Source of the DNA: Escherichia coli
Lineage (GTDB): Bacteria; Pseudomonadota; Gammaproteobacteria; Enterobacterales; Enterobacteriaceae
Strand: one strand, 5' to 3'
NCBI GenBank assembly: GCA_025336685.1
Contig: GCA_025336685.1_4717.1
DNA: 64,000 bases
Of the stretch, positions 28,454 through 38,214 are shown piece by piece. The first letter of the stretch is position 1. Each line of letters begins with the position of its first letter. The position numbers and the translations under genes were made by a program. The notes beneath the pieces are model-generated. The model searched no databases. It saw only the letters and a program-made list of their open reading frames with translations, and was not told where the DNA came from.

Positions 28454-30250
28454 TCAATCGATTATGTCACGATCGTTAATTTCTACAATTTCTTCATCGA
28501 ATCGACCGACGTCTTTCTTCAAGCCTGCATTTGTTGCTGCAACGTCATTTGCGATTTGTGGGGTAACGATTAACCGACCACGCTCATCGATAGGTGCGTA
28601 CATACTGAACTTCTGACGTCCGGTTGGTTCGGAGTGTGGAAGATTCAGATAGCTTGCACAGAACGGGATGGAACCACTAACCAAACGACTCTCGTCAGCC
28701 AATGCAGCACCGCCTGCGTTTTGGCTCTGGAGAACAACATGCGTGCTCACTTTGAACAGCATGCAATCACCAGGTGACTGAATCGATGTTGCCACTTTCT
28801 CACGTTTATCACGATTGCTCTGGATATTGAGAATCGCTTCCGTTGCAACTTGATTTCGCAACGCCTTCTGTACATCGCGATTGGTCATCTCTTTACGGTT
28901 GTTCTGTCGTTTACCACGTTCCGTGGTTTTAAGATGGAACCCCAGTTTAAAGATGCTTTTACGCACATCCTCCATGACATATTCCAACACCATCAATTCC
29001 TTACCGAACATCGTCGTGGTATCAACACGACTCATTTCGATAGTAACATTGTCAATCAGATACGCCATAAATTCGTAGAAGTCGTCGCAAGGAATATTTT
29101 CCTGTTTGAACTTCTTCTGTTGAATTTCGTCAACGTAAAGATCGAGACTGTCGATGTGGTGGTTTACATCACGCAACAAACGCGCATCCGCATTGTTGTT
29201 ATTAAAGATAATCAAACCGAGTAATGTACGCCAATGGTCTGGCGCATTCGCGAACTCTTCAACCGGATAGTCTTCCGGGAAACGATCGTAATAACGGTCG
29301 ATGAGATATAAGAACGCACCGACAAGGCCAAGAACAATACGTTCCGTACCTCCACGTCTTACAGCGATTTGAATATCAGGATGTTTATAACGTACAGCGT
29401 TAGCGCTACGGCTTTTACCGCTTTTGCTGATACTAAAGCCTTTAGGAATAACCCCCATGGTGCGATAGATTACCCATTGGTCGCGCGGAAAATCACGTTC
29501 AGCAAGGTTCCGTCCGGTTACGGCTTCGACACCTGCAAAACGTCGGAAACATTCACCCACCCCATACTTCGCAAAGAGATAATGACCCAGTGTGGTTACG
29601 CTGGTGTGGTTGATGTTGTCACCGTTCACTTTACTTTGTTTGGTAAGATGATAGATTTGCGACCAGGGTAACGACAGATAATGACGATAATCGATACCCG
29701 TTGGTGTATCATTGCTCAGGAACTGATACGGTGTACGTTTAACCGTGATTTTGTCACGCGGAAGCATGATGAACGCCATGTCTTTCGTGTAACTGATTAC
29801 AGGGTCAGCGAGCACCGCACTGAGAATGAAGTTCGCACCACGTAGACGCATTTTACCACCCTGACCTACTGCGGGCAATAGGAGAGGATGTCGGATAATG
29901 CAGTAGTCCTTTCCCGGCTCACGGCGGTCACCTGATTCCATCGCACCGTACCAGCGGAATTCTAGCATCACCATAAACACGTCGGAAGGTGCAAGGTCGA
30001 AGGTCAGCTTACCGCTATCCTTCCCTTTGGTTTTCTTTCCTCCGCTTAAGTAGTGGAACTGTTCGCGGGCCATACAACGACGTAGGCCATGATACACCAG
30101 ATCCTTAGGTAAACTATCTTTGCTGTTCCGCCAAAGACGATCAACATAGGACTCAACATCTTGCATCTTATCGACGACGATGTTGCGTGCTATCTTCTCG
30201 TTCATCTTCGGTGCAAGCTCAGCGACAGCTTTGCAGAATCTAGGATCCAT
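28454..30250 (-). CDS. hypothetical protein (598 aa)
   Basis: ATG with AGGAG RBS; no motif recognised. Confidence 0.75.
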   Translation of the reverse strand: MDPRFCKAVAELAPKMNEKIARNIVVDKMQDVESYVDRLWRNSKDSLPKDLVYHGLRRCMAREQFHYLSGGKKTKGKDSGKLTFDLAPSDVFMVMLEFRWYGAMESGDRREPGKDYCIIRHPLLLPAVGQGGKMRLRGANFILSAVLADPVISYTKDMAFIMLPRDKITVKRTPYQFLSNDTPTGIDYRHYLSLPWSQIYHLTKQSKVNGDNINHTSVTTLGHYLFAKYGVGECFRRFAGVEAVTGRNLAERDFPRDQWVIYRTMGVIPKGFSISKSGKSRSANAVRYKHPDIQIAVRRGGTERIVLGLVGAFLYLIDRYYDRFPEDYPVEEFANAPDHWRTLLGLIIFNNNNADARLLRDVNHHIDSLDLYVDEIQQKKFKQENIPCDDFYEFMAYLIDNVTIEMSRVDTTTMFGKELMVLEYVMEDVRKSIFKLGFHLKTTERGKRQNNRKEMTNRDVQKALRNQVATEAILNIQSNRDKREKVATSIQSPGDCMLFKVSTHVVLQSQNAGGAALADESRLVSGSIPFCASYLNLPHSEPTGRQKFSMYAPIDERGRLIVTPQIANDVAATNAGLKKDVGRFDEEIVEINDRDIID

Positions 30251-30289
30251 TACTCACTCCTTTCAGAAAGTTGCTTAAGCAGATTAAAG

Positions 30290-31723
30290 TTACTTTTTCG
30301 ATGACGCCTTCTCAAGAATCTTGAAAAAGGTCATACCTATACCGACAACAGCCGCGGTTATACTCGCAGCGGCTTTCCAAACATCGACGTTACGTTGACG
30401 TCGTGCTTCTTCCGCTTCACGTTGTCTTTTTGCCTCTTCATCACGTCGACGTATCTCAGCAGCAAACTCGTCATGCTTACGTTTGGCTTCTTCGTCTCGA
30501 CGACGAAGTTCAGCGACGAATTCTTCATGTTTGCGTTTAGCCTCATCATCACGACGTTTTAAATCAGCTTGATAATCTTCGTGTATTTGTCTACGTAGAT
30601 CATCTTGACGTTTCATTTCGGCTTGGTGTTGTTCCATCCTACGTTTTTGTTCGTCTTTAAGCTGATCGAGTTCGGCTTTATGTTGTTCGTCGCGCAGCTT
30701 TGCGTCGGCGCGATGCGCTTCATGCATCTGTGCGATAACTGCCTTGTGTTCATCCGCCATACGTCGCATTTCAGCCATCACCCCTTTAAGGGTTTCTTCT
30801 GACGACTTACGTTCGTAGCTGCGTTGGTCGAAATCATTTTTGTAGGCTTCTTTTTGGATGGGATCGCGCCAATGCAATGCCGATTCACGCGTCGGAAAAA
30901 CATTGTACTTCCACATCTCTTTTTCCAAATCTTCGACCGGTACGAAGATGGAGTCATTATTCCCGAAGGTAACCAACATACCTGGCGCGCCTGCTCCATT
31001 CGTTGGTTTTATTTCGAACGCTTTCCCCAGCACGTTAACCCATAGGCTATACGGATTATGAAAGTCGGGTGGCGTCCAGTGGATAGTGAGTTGCGTTCCG
31101 AGAATCCGGAAACCCTCTGTCTTTCCTGTTAAACTACGCGCACATGTTGCGATGTAGGGGTGATCAATCCCTTTCGTAACATGGTCTGCGCTTTTGTATT
31201 CTCCTTTAACTTTTACGATTGCCACGTTGATTTGCGCGACATAAATAGGTTGATTAAAGTTCAACGTGTTGAGGTCAATTTGACATATCTCGTCCAGCGT
31301 ATCGTACCAGTCTTGCTGGTCTAATAGACGCGGTATTTTCTCTGTGTTAACGATGCGACGGATATGCGGTTTCCTTATCGCGTAACCTGTACCATTTTTA
31401 ACACGGAGTATATCCCGACGTCTACCCGCGTAGACGAAGTTTCTGAATGCACCATTCGCATTAGATACGTCATGGCTGTCAACTATTACAGGACTACGAA
31501 ATTTTGAACGTCGTACGATCCTGAATGTATTACTGTCCTCAACTCTACCAGGAATGTACTGGAACATATTGTCGGAGGTGATAACCAACACGGTATGGCC
31601 GGATTCATTAATACATGCCCACCCTAATTCCAGGTCATACAACGGTTCAGCATAACCGTCAATGCGATATGCGTACCATCCCCACGGTTCGAACGCGGTA
31701 TCACATATTGGCATGGAGGGCAT
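30290..31723 (-). CDS. tail-anchored membrane protein: N-terminal globular domain, ER/K-rich helix, C-terminal TM segment
   Basis: 477 aa, ATG with GGAGGTG RBS; residues about 330-450 are E/R/K/D/Q/H repeats (EEAKRKHEEF..RRRDEEAKRKHDEF..); C-terminal AAASITAAVVGIGMTFFKIL then KASSKK. Confidence 0.75.
   Translation of the reverse strand: MPSMPICDTAFEPWGWYAYRIDGYAEPLYDLELGWACINESGHTVLVITSDNMFQYIPGRVEDSNTFRIVRRSKFRSPVIVDSHDVSNANGAFRNFVYAGRRRDILRVKNGTGYAIRKPHIRRIVNTEKIPRLLDQQDWYDTLDEICQIDLNTLNFNQPIYVAQINVAIVKVKGEYKSADHVTKGIDHPYIATCARSLTGKTEGFRILGTQLTIHWTPPDFHNPYSLWVNVLGKAFEIKPTNGAGAPGMLVTFGNNDSIFVPVEDLEKEMWKYNVFPTRESALHWRDPIQKEAYKNDFDQRSYERKSSEETLKGVMAEMRRMADEHKAVIAQMHEAHRADAKLRDEQHKAELDQLKDEQKRRMEQHQAEMKRQDDLRRQIHEDYQADLKRRDDEAKRKHEEFVAELRRRDEEAKRKHDEFAAEIRRRDEEAKRQREAEEARRQRNVDVWKAAASITAAVVGIGMTFFKILEKASSKK
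30380..30560 (-). repeat. imperfect tandem repeat of about 54 nt inside 30290..31723
   Basis: Repeated cttacgtttggcttcttcgtctcgacgacgaagttcagcgacgaattcttcatg-type units encoding the RRRDEEAKRKH(E/D)EF(V/A)AE(L/I) repeats. Confidence 0.5.
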
Positions 31724-31931
31724 CGCTCACCTCCATCAGATTGAAAATTATCATGCATAACGCATTTCCCTTTTCTTGTTCTTATCAAACTGACAGCCGA
31801 CGGTTTCCAGTATCGCCCCCAGCGCGAGAACGACCTTACGTGTTGTCTATGCCTTATTAATCGCAGGCTTCTGTCACCTAGGTAATGTAAGCGTCAAATT
31901 TTTTCTATTCGCAACGATAAACGGCATAAAT

Positions 31932-31960
31932 CTCCCCCAACCCTTACGGGCTGAGGGAGG
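31932..31960 (-). terminator. conserved hairpin element, degenerate copy, 3' of major structural gene
   Basis: CTCCCCC-AA-CCC-TTAC-GGG-CTGA-GGGAGG about 95 nt downstream of the stop of 32057..34279. Confidence 0.4.
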
Positions 31961-32056
31961 CTGACTTATGTATCACGGTGCCGGATGAATGTCCGCAATG
32001 AAACCATCCGCAACGTTGTCGTCAAGAATATCATCCAACGAAGCAGCTACGGTAGT

Positions 32057-34279
32057 TCAGTTAGTCTGAACAGGCAGCTTGATGTTTTCGGTGTAGACCT
32101 TACGCAGGTTCACAACGTTAATCAGACCCAGCAGCGGGCAGTTGTTAACGAAGCGGCAGCGAGGCTGAACCATGGTTTCTTTAGAAACCTGACCGTTACG
32201 GGTAACCTGAGCAACAGATACCAGTTCCGGTACGTACAGGAACATACCGAAGGTCAGCGGATCCGGAGAACCCTGGATACCACGAGACAGGGTCACGAAG
32301 ATCTTATCACGCAGCAGAACGTTCGGGTTATCTACAACCACGAAGTTGAAGCTTACACCAACGGTACGGAAATCACCATCGGTCTGCAGGAACTGCGGGA
32401 TGTAGTTGTCAGTTGCTACCACGCAACGCGGTTTCTCATCAGCGTTGGAAGACAGCAGCTGCAGAGCTGGCTGATAACCAGACTCGGAGTACATGCGATA
32501 TGCCATCTCACGAATCACGTTCATGATCGCAGCGGACACTTCAGCACGACGTTCTGCAGTGGTGGTGCCCTGAACAGATTTCGCCAGGTCCAGATTGATT
32601 TCTTCGAACCACGGACGGATCAGGTAACGACCGAAACCTTCGATCTGGATGTCACCGAACTGACGGAAGCGAGAGGTCGCAACCGCTTTCAGTGCATCTT
32701 TGTAGCTGAACAGTTTCTCAACCATCAGGTTGTCGAAACGTGCGTTAGCAGCTTGGATCAGAACGTCCAGGTCAGCAGCGTTTTCTTCCCAATCCAGCGG
32801 ACGAGGAATGGAGAACGGAGCCAGCAGGCCGATTGCATAACGCTCTTGCTTCATGTTGAAGTCAAGGTGTTTACCACGTTCACGACGGTTGCTGTTGTTA
32901 CGGCGAATACGCAGTTCGTAACCAACCAGTTTGAAGCTCAGGTCGTCAGCCAGGTCTTTAAATTCTTGGCTCTTACGCGGCTGTTCGATGTTGTCCTGAT
33001 CAACCAGGCGATACAGTTCAGCGTTAGCACCGTTAACACGCAGACCTGCTTTCTCTACGTTGGAAGAACCGTAAACTTCGATAGCCAGCTGAGCAGCAGA
33101 TTTCGCATCGATGATGTCCTGCAGCGCTTCGGCTTTCGCACCTTTAACGTCAACGGTGTTCTCATCAACGAAGATGGAGTGGGTGTCGAACGCCAGGGTC
33201 ATTTTGCGGAAGTCGCCTTCCAGGGATTTCTGGAAACCGTTGGTAATCAGACCGGATACGTCGAACGGAACGTAAGAGGTCTTGCTGTGCTTGGCTGATT
33301 TGATTTCCACCAGGATTTTGGTCAGCGTGATCTGAGCATCCAGCGCATCGGTGTTGTCGCTGTAACCGTTAGCCAGAATGCTATCGTCTTCAGCGATACC
33401 GATCATGTCGATCAGTTTATCAACAGCCAGGTAAGACGTTTTGTAAGTTACGCCTTTAATCTCGATGTCGCGCGGAGCAACGATAGTTTTGTCAACGAAG
33501 TACTGCGCGTTAGCATCGTCGGCACGATAGATCGGATGCAGATCGGTCACGTCGTTGGACAGAACGTCGTTGTACATGAACGCATCCAGCAGCGGACGAC
33601 GTACCCAATCAGCCGGAGTACCGTCAGCGTTACGACGCAGGTGGTTGAACACCAGCGGACGACGGAAAGATACGTCGTAACCGATCTGGTTCGGAGCCAG
33701 AACGATGGTGTTGTACAGTTCGTTACCCATGCGGCTCAGACGAGAAGCCTTCACGTTGAACACAACGGAGTACGGCATCATGTCACGCAGTTCTTTCTGG
33801 TCGTAGGACAGCTGAACCAGTTCTTCAGATTCGCAACCGCAGGAATCAGCAGCCATCATGACGAAGTTAGAGCTGTCAACTTCACGGCCAGACGGAGTGG
33901 TGCTGATGTTCATGGAACGTGCTTGTTTAGCATATTCTACCGGGTTGCCATGAGCCAGCATGATCAGTGCTGCTGCACGAGCCTGCTGTGCGTTCATGGT
34001 GAACAGCTGTTCTTCAATACGCTGCTTCTCTTCCGGAGTGGTGGTTTCGAAGCCCAGCATGGACAGAACCGGTTCTTCTGCTTTACGGATGTCGCTGCTG
34101 AAGCTCTTAACATCCATATCGTTAACCAGTTTGTCCATGGATTTGAAATCAACCTTAGAAGCAGATTCCATAGACAGGAAGGTGTTCTCCAGACCTTTGT
34201 CTGCTGGTTTGCTACCATTAGCGGTCAGGAACTGGCGAGTGGCCGCGACCTGTTGGCTAAGAAGGGTTTTATCATTCAT
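32057..34279 (-). CDS. major virion structural protein (major capsid protein or tail sheath; capsid favoured)
   Basis: 740 aa, ATG with AAAGGA RBS; strongest codon bias in the window; size typical of jumbo-phage capsid or sheath proteins; identity not verifiable without a search. Confidence 0.8.
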   Translation of the reverse strand: MNDKTLLSQQVAATRQFLTANGSKPADKGLENTFLSMESASKVDFKSMDKLVNDMDVKSFSSDIRKAEEPVLSMLGFETTTPEEKQRIEEQLFTMNAQQARAAALIMLAHGNPVEYAKQARSMNISTTPSGREVDSSNFVMMAADSCGCESEELVQLSYDQKELRDMMPYSVVFNVKASRLSRMGNELYNTIVLAPNQIGYDVSFRRPLVFNHLRRNADGTPADWVRRPLLDAFMYNDVLSNDVTDLHPIYRADDANAQYFVDKTIVAPRDIEIKGVTYKTSYLAVDKLIDMIGIAEDDSILANGYSDNTDALDAQITLTKILVEIKSAKHSKTSYVPFDVSGLITNGFQKSLEGDFRKMTLAFDTHSIFVDENTVDVKGAKAEALQDIIDAKSAAQLAIEVYGSSNVEKAGLRVNGANAELYRLVDQDNIEQPRKSQEFKDLADDLSFKLVGYELRIRRNNSNRRERGKHLDFNMKQERYAIGLLAPFSIPRPLDWEENAADLDVLIQAANARFDNLMVEKLFSYKDALKAVATSRFRQFGDIQIEGFGRYLIRPWFEEINLDLAKSVQGTTTAERRAEVSAAIMNVIREMAYRMYSESGYQPALQLLSSNADEKPRCVVATDNYIPQFLQTDGDFRTVGVSFNFVVVDNPNVLLRDKIFVTLSRGIQGSPDPLTFGMFLYVPELVSVAQVTRNGQVSKETMVQPRCRFVNNCPLLGLINVVNLRKVYTENIKLPVQTN

Positions 34280-34428
34280 TGAAAGTATCCTTTACAGAAT
34301 TAACTTATATAAGTCGGTCGATAGACCATAGCGTACACGCGTGCATGCGCCACTATAGTATCAGTAAACACTTACCGTTATTGAGGTCGTGATACAACAC
34401 TAAAAATGCCGCATAACTTTTCCCTACG

Positions 34429-34833
34429 TCACAAACGACGCAGGCGATAATGGATGGAACGATTGGTGCAATATGAACGGAACAGCGGCAATTGCGCAAC
34501 TTCCGCAAGACTCATATTAATTCGCAGGTGTTCAATAACGGCGCTGTAGTTATCAGCAATACGATCGCTCAATAACTCTTCTGCCAATAAAGGAAGACAA
34601 TCGACAACAATCGCGATCACATCCTCATTAACATAACGCACCCGAACACTCAACGGACGTTTGTCTGGGTTGTAAGTTGGATCCGCCAAACGACGTTCAA
34701 TATCACGCGGATAGCTCGTCAGTAAATGGTAATAACCATTGTCATAACGATTGATGTACTCACACAGCACACCAACGTTCTTCTCTGGCGGTAAACCTGT
34801 TTCGTCATAGTGGATACGCAAACATACCACCAA
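34429..34833 (-). CDS. hypothetical protein (start uncertain)
   Basis: 134-aa ORF without ATG near the 5' end (TTG/GTG only); protein-like composition. Confidence 0.4.
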   Translation of the reverse strand: MVVCLRIHYDETGLPPEKNVGVLCEYINRYDNGYYHLLTSYPRDIERRLADPTYNPDKRPLSVRVRYVNEDVIAIVVDCLPLLAEELLSDRIADNYSAVIEHLRINMSLAEVAQLPLFRSYCTNRSIHYRLRRL

Positions 34834-35050
34834 GCAGGTTGTTAAGATGGACCGCAGGGTTCGCTTGTTCGTGTTCTTTCGTGATGAAGAAAGGCACGTT
34901 CTGGGCCGCGAAATAAAAACCTACATCATTGGGCGATAGTATGCCGAAAAGACTTTTAGGATCCAATAACACCTGTAAGTCATCACGCGCATTTCGAATA
35001 ATCGCGTGTTCTACCCAATTCGGAACGACGAGATATCGGAGTTCCTTCAT
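34805..35050 (-). CDS. small hypothetical protein (81 aa)
   Basis: ATG with GAGG RBS 8 nt upstream. Confidence 0.5.
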   Translation of the reverse strand: MKELRYLVVPNWVEHAIIRNARDDLQVLLDPKSLFGILSPNDVGFYFAAQNVPFFITKEHEQANPAVHLNNLLGGMFAYPL

Positions 35051-35089
35051 TATGATTACCTCTTTGCAAGTATCGAAAGGATTGAGTCG

Positions 35090-36700
35090 ATGGACCCAAA
35101 ACAGATAGCCATTAAGATTATTACGTTACTGTTTCGTAACGCACAATTGAACCATCCCGATCCCAGTACGATCGACCATGTTAAATCCGTCTTAGATAAA
35201 GTCGAACCCCCGAAAAACCATCTCGCTACGGACATAGATAGAGAGGTTTTCAACAACCTGATGAATACCATTCATTGGATGTTGGAACAACCGTTATCGG
35301 AACCTTTCGACAAACAACAGTTGTTACAAAGGATACGTTTAGATTGCCTTGAGCAAAGCAATCTTTACGAGATTCTTGCCGACGGACTGTACGATATCGA
35401 AGACGATGCTCATATCAGTAAGGTCTGTTCGCTTTATTACAACGAATTGCGTAACCTGATTACCCGCCGTCGTGTTTTCGAAACCTTTAGAAACACGTAC
35501 ATGGATATCAGTAACGGGCGACTTGGGGATAAAGAATTTTTCGACGCGATGGCGAATTTGAAATTATCGCTTGACAGTATCGAAATGGATACCGAAAATC
35601 CCGAAGAGATGTCGTGTATGGTTGATGGCTTTATTGCTGACAGCGAAGACGATATCGAGAAAGTCGAACGTATGTTCGTTAAAGCGATGGAACGTAACAG
35701 TCCTGAAGGTGGGTTTGTAACCGGCTGGCAAGGTTTTAATAAAATGTTGGGGTCGGTCGGCGTTTTACGTCGCGGTACCTTAGGACTGATTGGTGCGATG
35801 CAGCACCGAAATAAATCGGGTGTGTTGTTAAAACTGTTCACGCATCTGGCATTGTACAACAAACCTCATTTCTTTTTTCCGGAGCGAGCAAAGAAAGCGT
35901 TACTGATTCATTTGTCAACAGAAAACGAAGTAGAAGAAAACACGCTTCAGATATACAAGAACATGCGAGAACAGGAAACAGGCGAATATGTCGATATTCG
36001 TAAGATTGACCCTCGCGAGGCATCACGTTATGTGTTGAAGGTGTTCAACGATGCGGGTTTCTCTGTTTGTATGCGTCGTGTTGACGGGATGAGTTACAAA
36101 CAACTCGCTAATCTCATCGACCATTTCGAACGCATGGGTTATGAGGTCATGGCGTTGTTCATTGACTATCTGAAAATGTTCTCATCGGAAGGGCTGGATA
36201 GAAATGGACCGACCGGCGCATGGCTCCAAGAACTCTTCAACAAAGTTCGTAACCTCTGCAGTGTTAAACGTATTTTAGGTATGACCGTACACCAGCTGTC
36301 ATCCGACGCGAAGATGCGTGCACGTGACGGTAACGATGAAGAGTTTGTTGACCAAGTCGCAGGCTTAAGTTACTGGGATGGTTGTAAAGGGATTGACCGT
36401 GAGATCGATCTTGAAGTGATTGTTGATATCGTTAAGGAGCCAGGTAAACGTCAAAGCTGGCAGGTCTTTGCGTTAGGGAAAGACCGTCAACCGGATAACG
36501 GTTCAACGAAACCTGAGGATAAACATTTCACAATGCCATTCCAAACCATCGGGATGCTTCCTGATGATTACGGTAAGAAAGCAGTATACTGTCGTAAGGT
36601 TGGTGGACAACCAGTCTCCGAGGGAGGTAAAGGTCCGTGGAACAAGTTCGATGAAAACGCAGCACCAAGTAATGAATTACAATTTGATTTAGAATTTTAA
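35090..36700 (+). CDS. hypothetical protein (about 536 aa)
   Basis: ORF track 35006..36700 starts at GTG; ATG at M29 has AAAGGA RBS and avoids overlap with divergent 34805..35050. Confidence 0.7.
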   Translation: MDPKQIAIKIITLLFRNAQLNHPDPSTIDHVKSVLDKVEPPKNHLATDIDREVFNNLMNTIHWMLEQPLSEPFDKQQLLQRIRLDCLEQSNLYEILADGLYDIEDDAHISKVCSLYYNELRNLITRRRVFETFRNTYMDISNGRLGDKEFFDAMANLKLSLDSIEMDTENPEEMSCMVDGFIADSEDDIEKVERMFVKAMERNSPEGGFVTGWQGFNKMLGSVGVLRRGTLGLIGAMQHRNKSGVLLKLFTHLALYNKPHFFFPERAKKALLIHLSTENEVEENTLQIYKNMREQETGEYVDIRKIDPREASRYVLKVFNDAGFSVCMRRVDGMSYKQLANLIDHFERMGYEVMALFIDYLKMFSSEGLDRNGPTGAWLQELFNKVRNLCSVKRILGMTVHQLSSDAKMRARDGNDEEFVDQVAGLSYWDGCKGIDREIDLEVIVDIVKEPGKRQSWQVFALGKDRQPDNGSTKPEDKHFTMPFQTIGMLPDDYGKKAVYCRKVGGQPVSEGGKGPWNKFDENAAPSNELQFDLEF

Positions 36701-36725
36701 ACGCAAAAAAAAAGATTGTACGGTT

Positions 36726-36757
36726 CCCTCCTCCAACCCGTAAGGGAAGGAGGAGGG
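36726..36757. terminator. conserved hairpin element, canonical copy
   Basis: CCCTCCTCC-AA-CCC-GTAA-GGG-AA-GGAGGAGGG between convergent genes 35090..36700 and 36773..37099; A9 tract just upstream. Confidence 0.6.
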
Positions 36758-36772
36758 TTATGACCGCGGTGG

Positions 36773-37099
36773 TTAACTTATTGTCATAAATTCGCTTGGT
36801 GAGAATTTCCAACCATTCTCATTGAGAAGTGTGTTGAGTTTCGCTGCGACAATAAGCCATGCATGCATAGCCGTTATGTCGTATTGGCGATTCACTCGAC
36901 GTTGGTTTTCGATATTGATTTGCTCCTGTTCAGTGATGTTTGGATAGAGTGAGATAGCGCTGGGCTTACCCAGCGCGCTAGCCATCACCGCAGTACATTC
37001 ACTGATAATGTTGTTTAAGTGGTAGTTGTATACCGTTCCGCGCATGACGCGATGACGGCATTCGATAATAGCGTCGTAAATGATTTCTCGAGTAATCAT
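36773..37099 (-). CDS. hypothetical protein (108 aa)
   Basis: ORF with ATG; weak RBS. Confidence 0.5.
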   Translation of the reverse strand: MITREIIYDAIIECRHRVMRGTVYNYHLNNIISECTAVMASALGKPSAISLYPNITEQEQINIENQRRVNRQYDITAMHAWLIVAAKLNTLLNENGWKFSPSEFMTIS

Positions 37100-37105
37100 G
37101 ATAAC

Positions 37106-37507
37106 TTAAAACATGCGTTCGTTTTTAGCACGGGCAGCCATTACCAGATCGTAGATACCTGCGGTTCGTAAACATTCGTCGTAGTAACGATGTGCGCCTT
37201 CCTCAGCCATCCATGATAACCCACGGCTATCCGCAACGATAACCAATTTGTTATTGTTGAATGCACACACCACACGGTAAGTCGCGTTGTTATTCGGATC
37301 GCGAGTGATCAGCTCATAGACACCGTTAACAGGTTTACTGAATTCGCCATTTAACGGGACGAGTTCGGTAGTACCTTCAGCAAACGTTACGTTGATCGGA
37401 GACGGATCTTTAGCGATAACAGTATATTCCACATTGTGTTCTTTACTGGTCATAATGCCGAAGTAAGAACTGATAGGGGAACGTGGTACACTAAGAATAT
37501 TAAACAT
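37106..37507 (-). CDS. hypothetical protein (133 aa)
   Basis: ATG with AGAGGA RBS. Confidence 0.6.
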   Translation of the reverse strand: MFNILSVPRSPISSYFGIMTSKEHNVEYTVIAKDPSPINVTFAEGTTELVPLNGEFSKPVNGVYELITRDPNNNATYRVVCAFNNNKLVIVADSRGLSWMAEEGAHRYYDECLRTAGIYDLVMAARAKNERMF

Positions 37508-37577
37508 GAGAGTTGTCCTCTTAATTGGATTTAGATTGTTGGATATGTAATCGGGAAATGAAAACGCTGTTTCGGTT

Positions 37578-38147
37578 TTAGACGATATGTGACCAGGTGG
37601 TAAGCACGCCGCTTGCGAATTCGAGCTTAAGACGTTTACCGATAAGTTGTTGTTGAATCATCTTTTCAGTGATACGTCGATCATGCTGAACAGCTTTATC
37701 AAACGCTTCTTTCGCTTCGGCTTGGTAGAAGTTCGTTTCTTCGTTGTCGTCGATATCTTCGAGAGCGTCATCGTCAACATCAGCAAGCTTTACTCGACCG
37801 TTTTCATCAGGTTGTTCTGCAGGTTCGTTGTCATAAGGCGTGTCTTTTGTTGGTGCGACACGATGATGCAACTCGACCTGTGTTAACATGATCTCCATCT
37901 CACCATCGATAGGGATGATTTCATCGGCGCAGCCGTTTTCGGTCAGCTCTCGACTTTCTAGCAATGTCGTGGTAACAGAGAACACCTCTTCAACAGGAAC
38001 CTCATCATCGTCGATAGTGTTAACCGTATTGCTGGTAACTTCGGCAACGACCATCAAATCAAATGCGTGAGGATCGCCTGGCATTTTGATTCCTGGGAGT
38101 TTGTTGAGATACCAAGGATCGAGAATCATGATTTCTGGATTAAACAT
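37578..38147 (-). CDS. acidic hypothetical protein (189 aa)
   Basis: ATG with AAAGGT RBS; D/E-rich central region. Confidence 0.6.
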   Translation of the reverse strand: MFNPEIMILDPWYLNKLPGIKMPGDPHAFDLMVVAEVTSNTVNTIDDDEVPVEEVFSVTTTLLESRELTENGCADEIIPIDGEMEIMLTQVELHHRVAPTKDTPYDNEPAEQPDENGRVKLADVDDDALEDIDDNEETNFYQAEAKEAFDKAVQHDRRITEKMIQQQLIGKRLKLEFASGVLTTWSHIV

Positions 38148-38214
38148 CGTTTTACCTTTCTATGTTAGGTGGATTGCGGATAGAAGAATCAATGCATAGA
38201 TTGATCGTTCTTTG

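Noticed and set aside
31985-34282. Long plus-strand ORFs (31985..33298, 437 aa; 33536..34282, 248 aa) opposite the major structural gene
   Set aside because: They are antisense shadows of a strongly codon-biased minus-strand gene, with low-complexity R/V/F/Q-rich products and no RBS-supported start
34330-34350. T7-like promoter suggested by CACTATAG at about 34334
   Set aside because: Only the last 8 nt of the 23-nt consensus are present, on the strand opposite the adjacent gene
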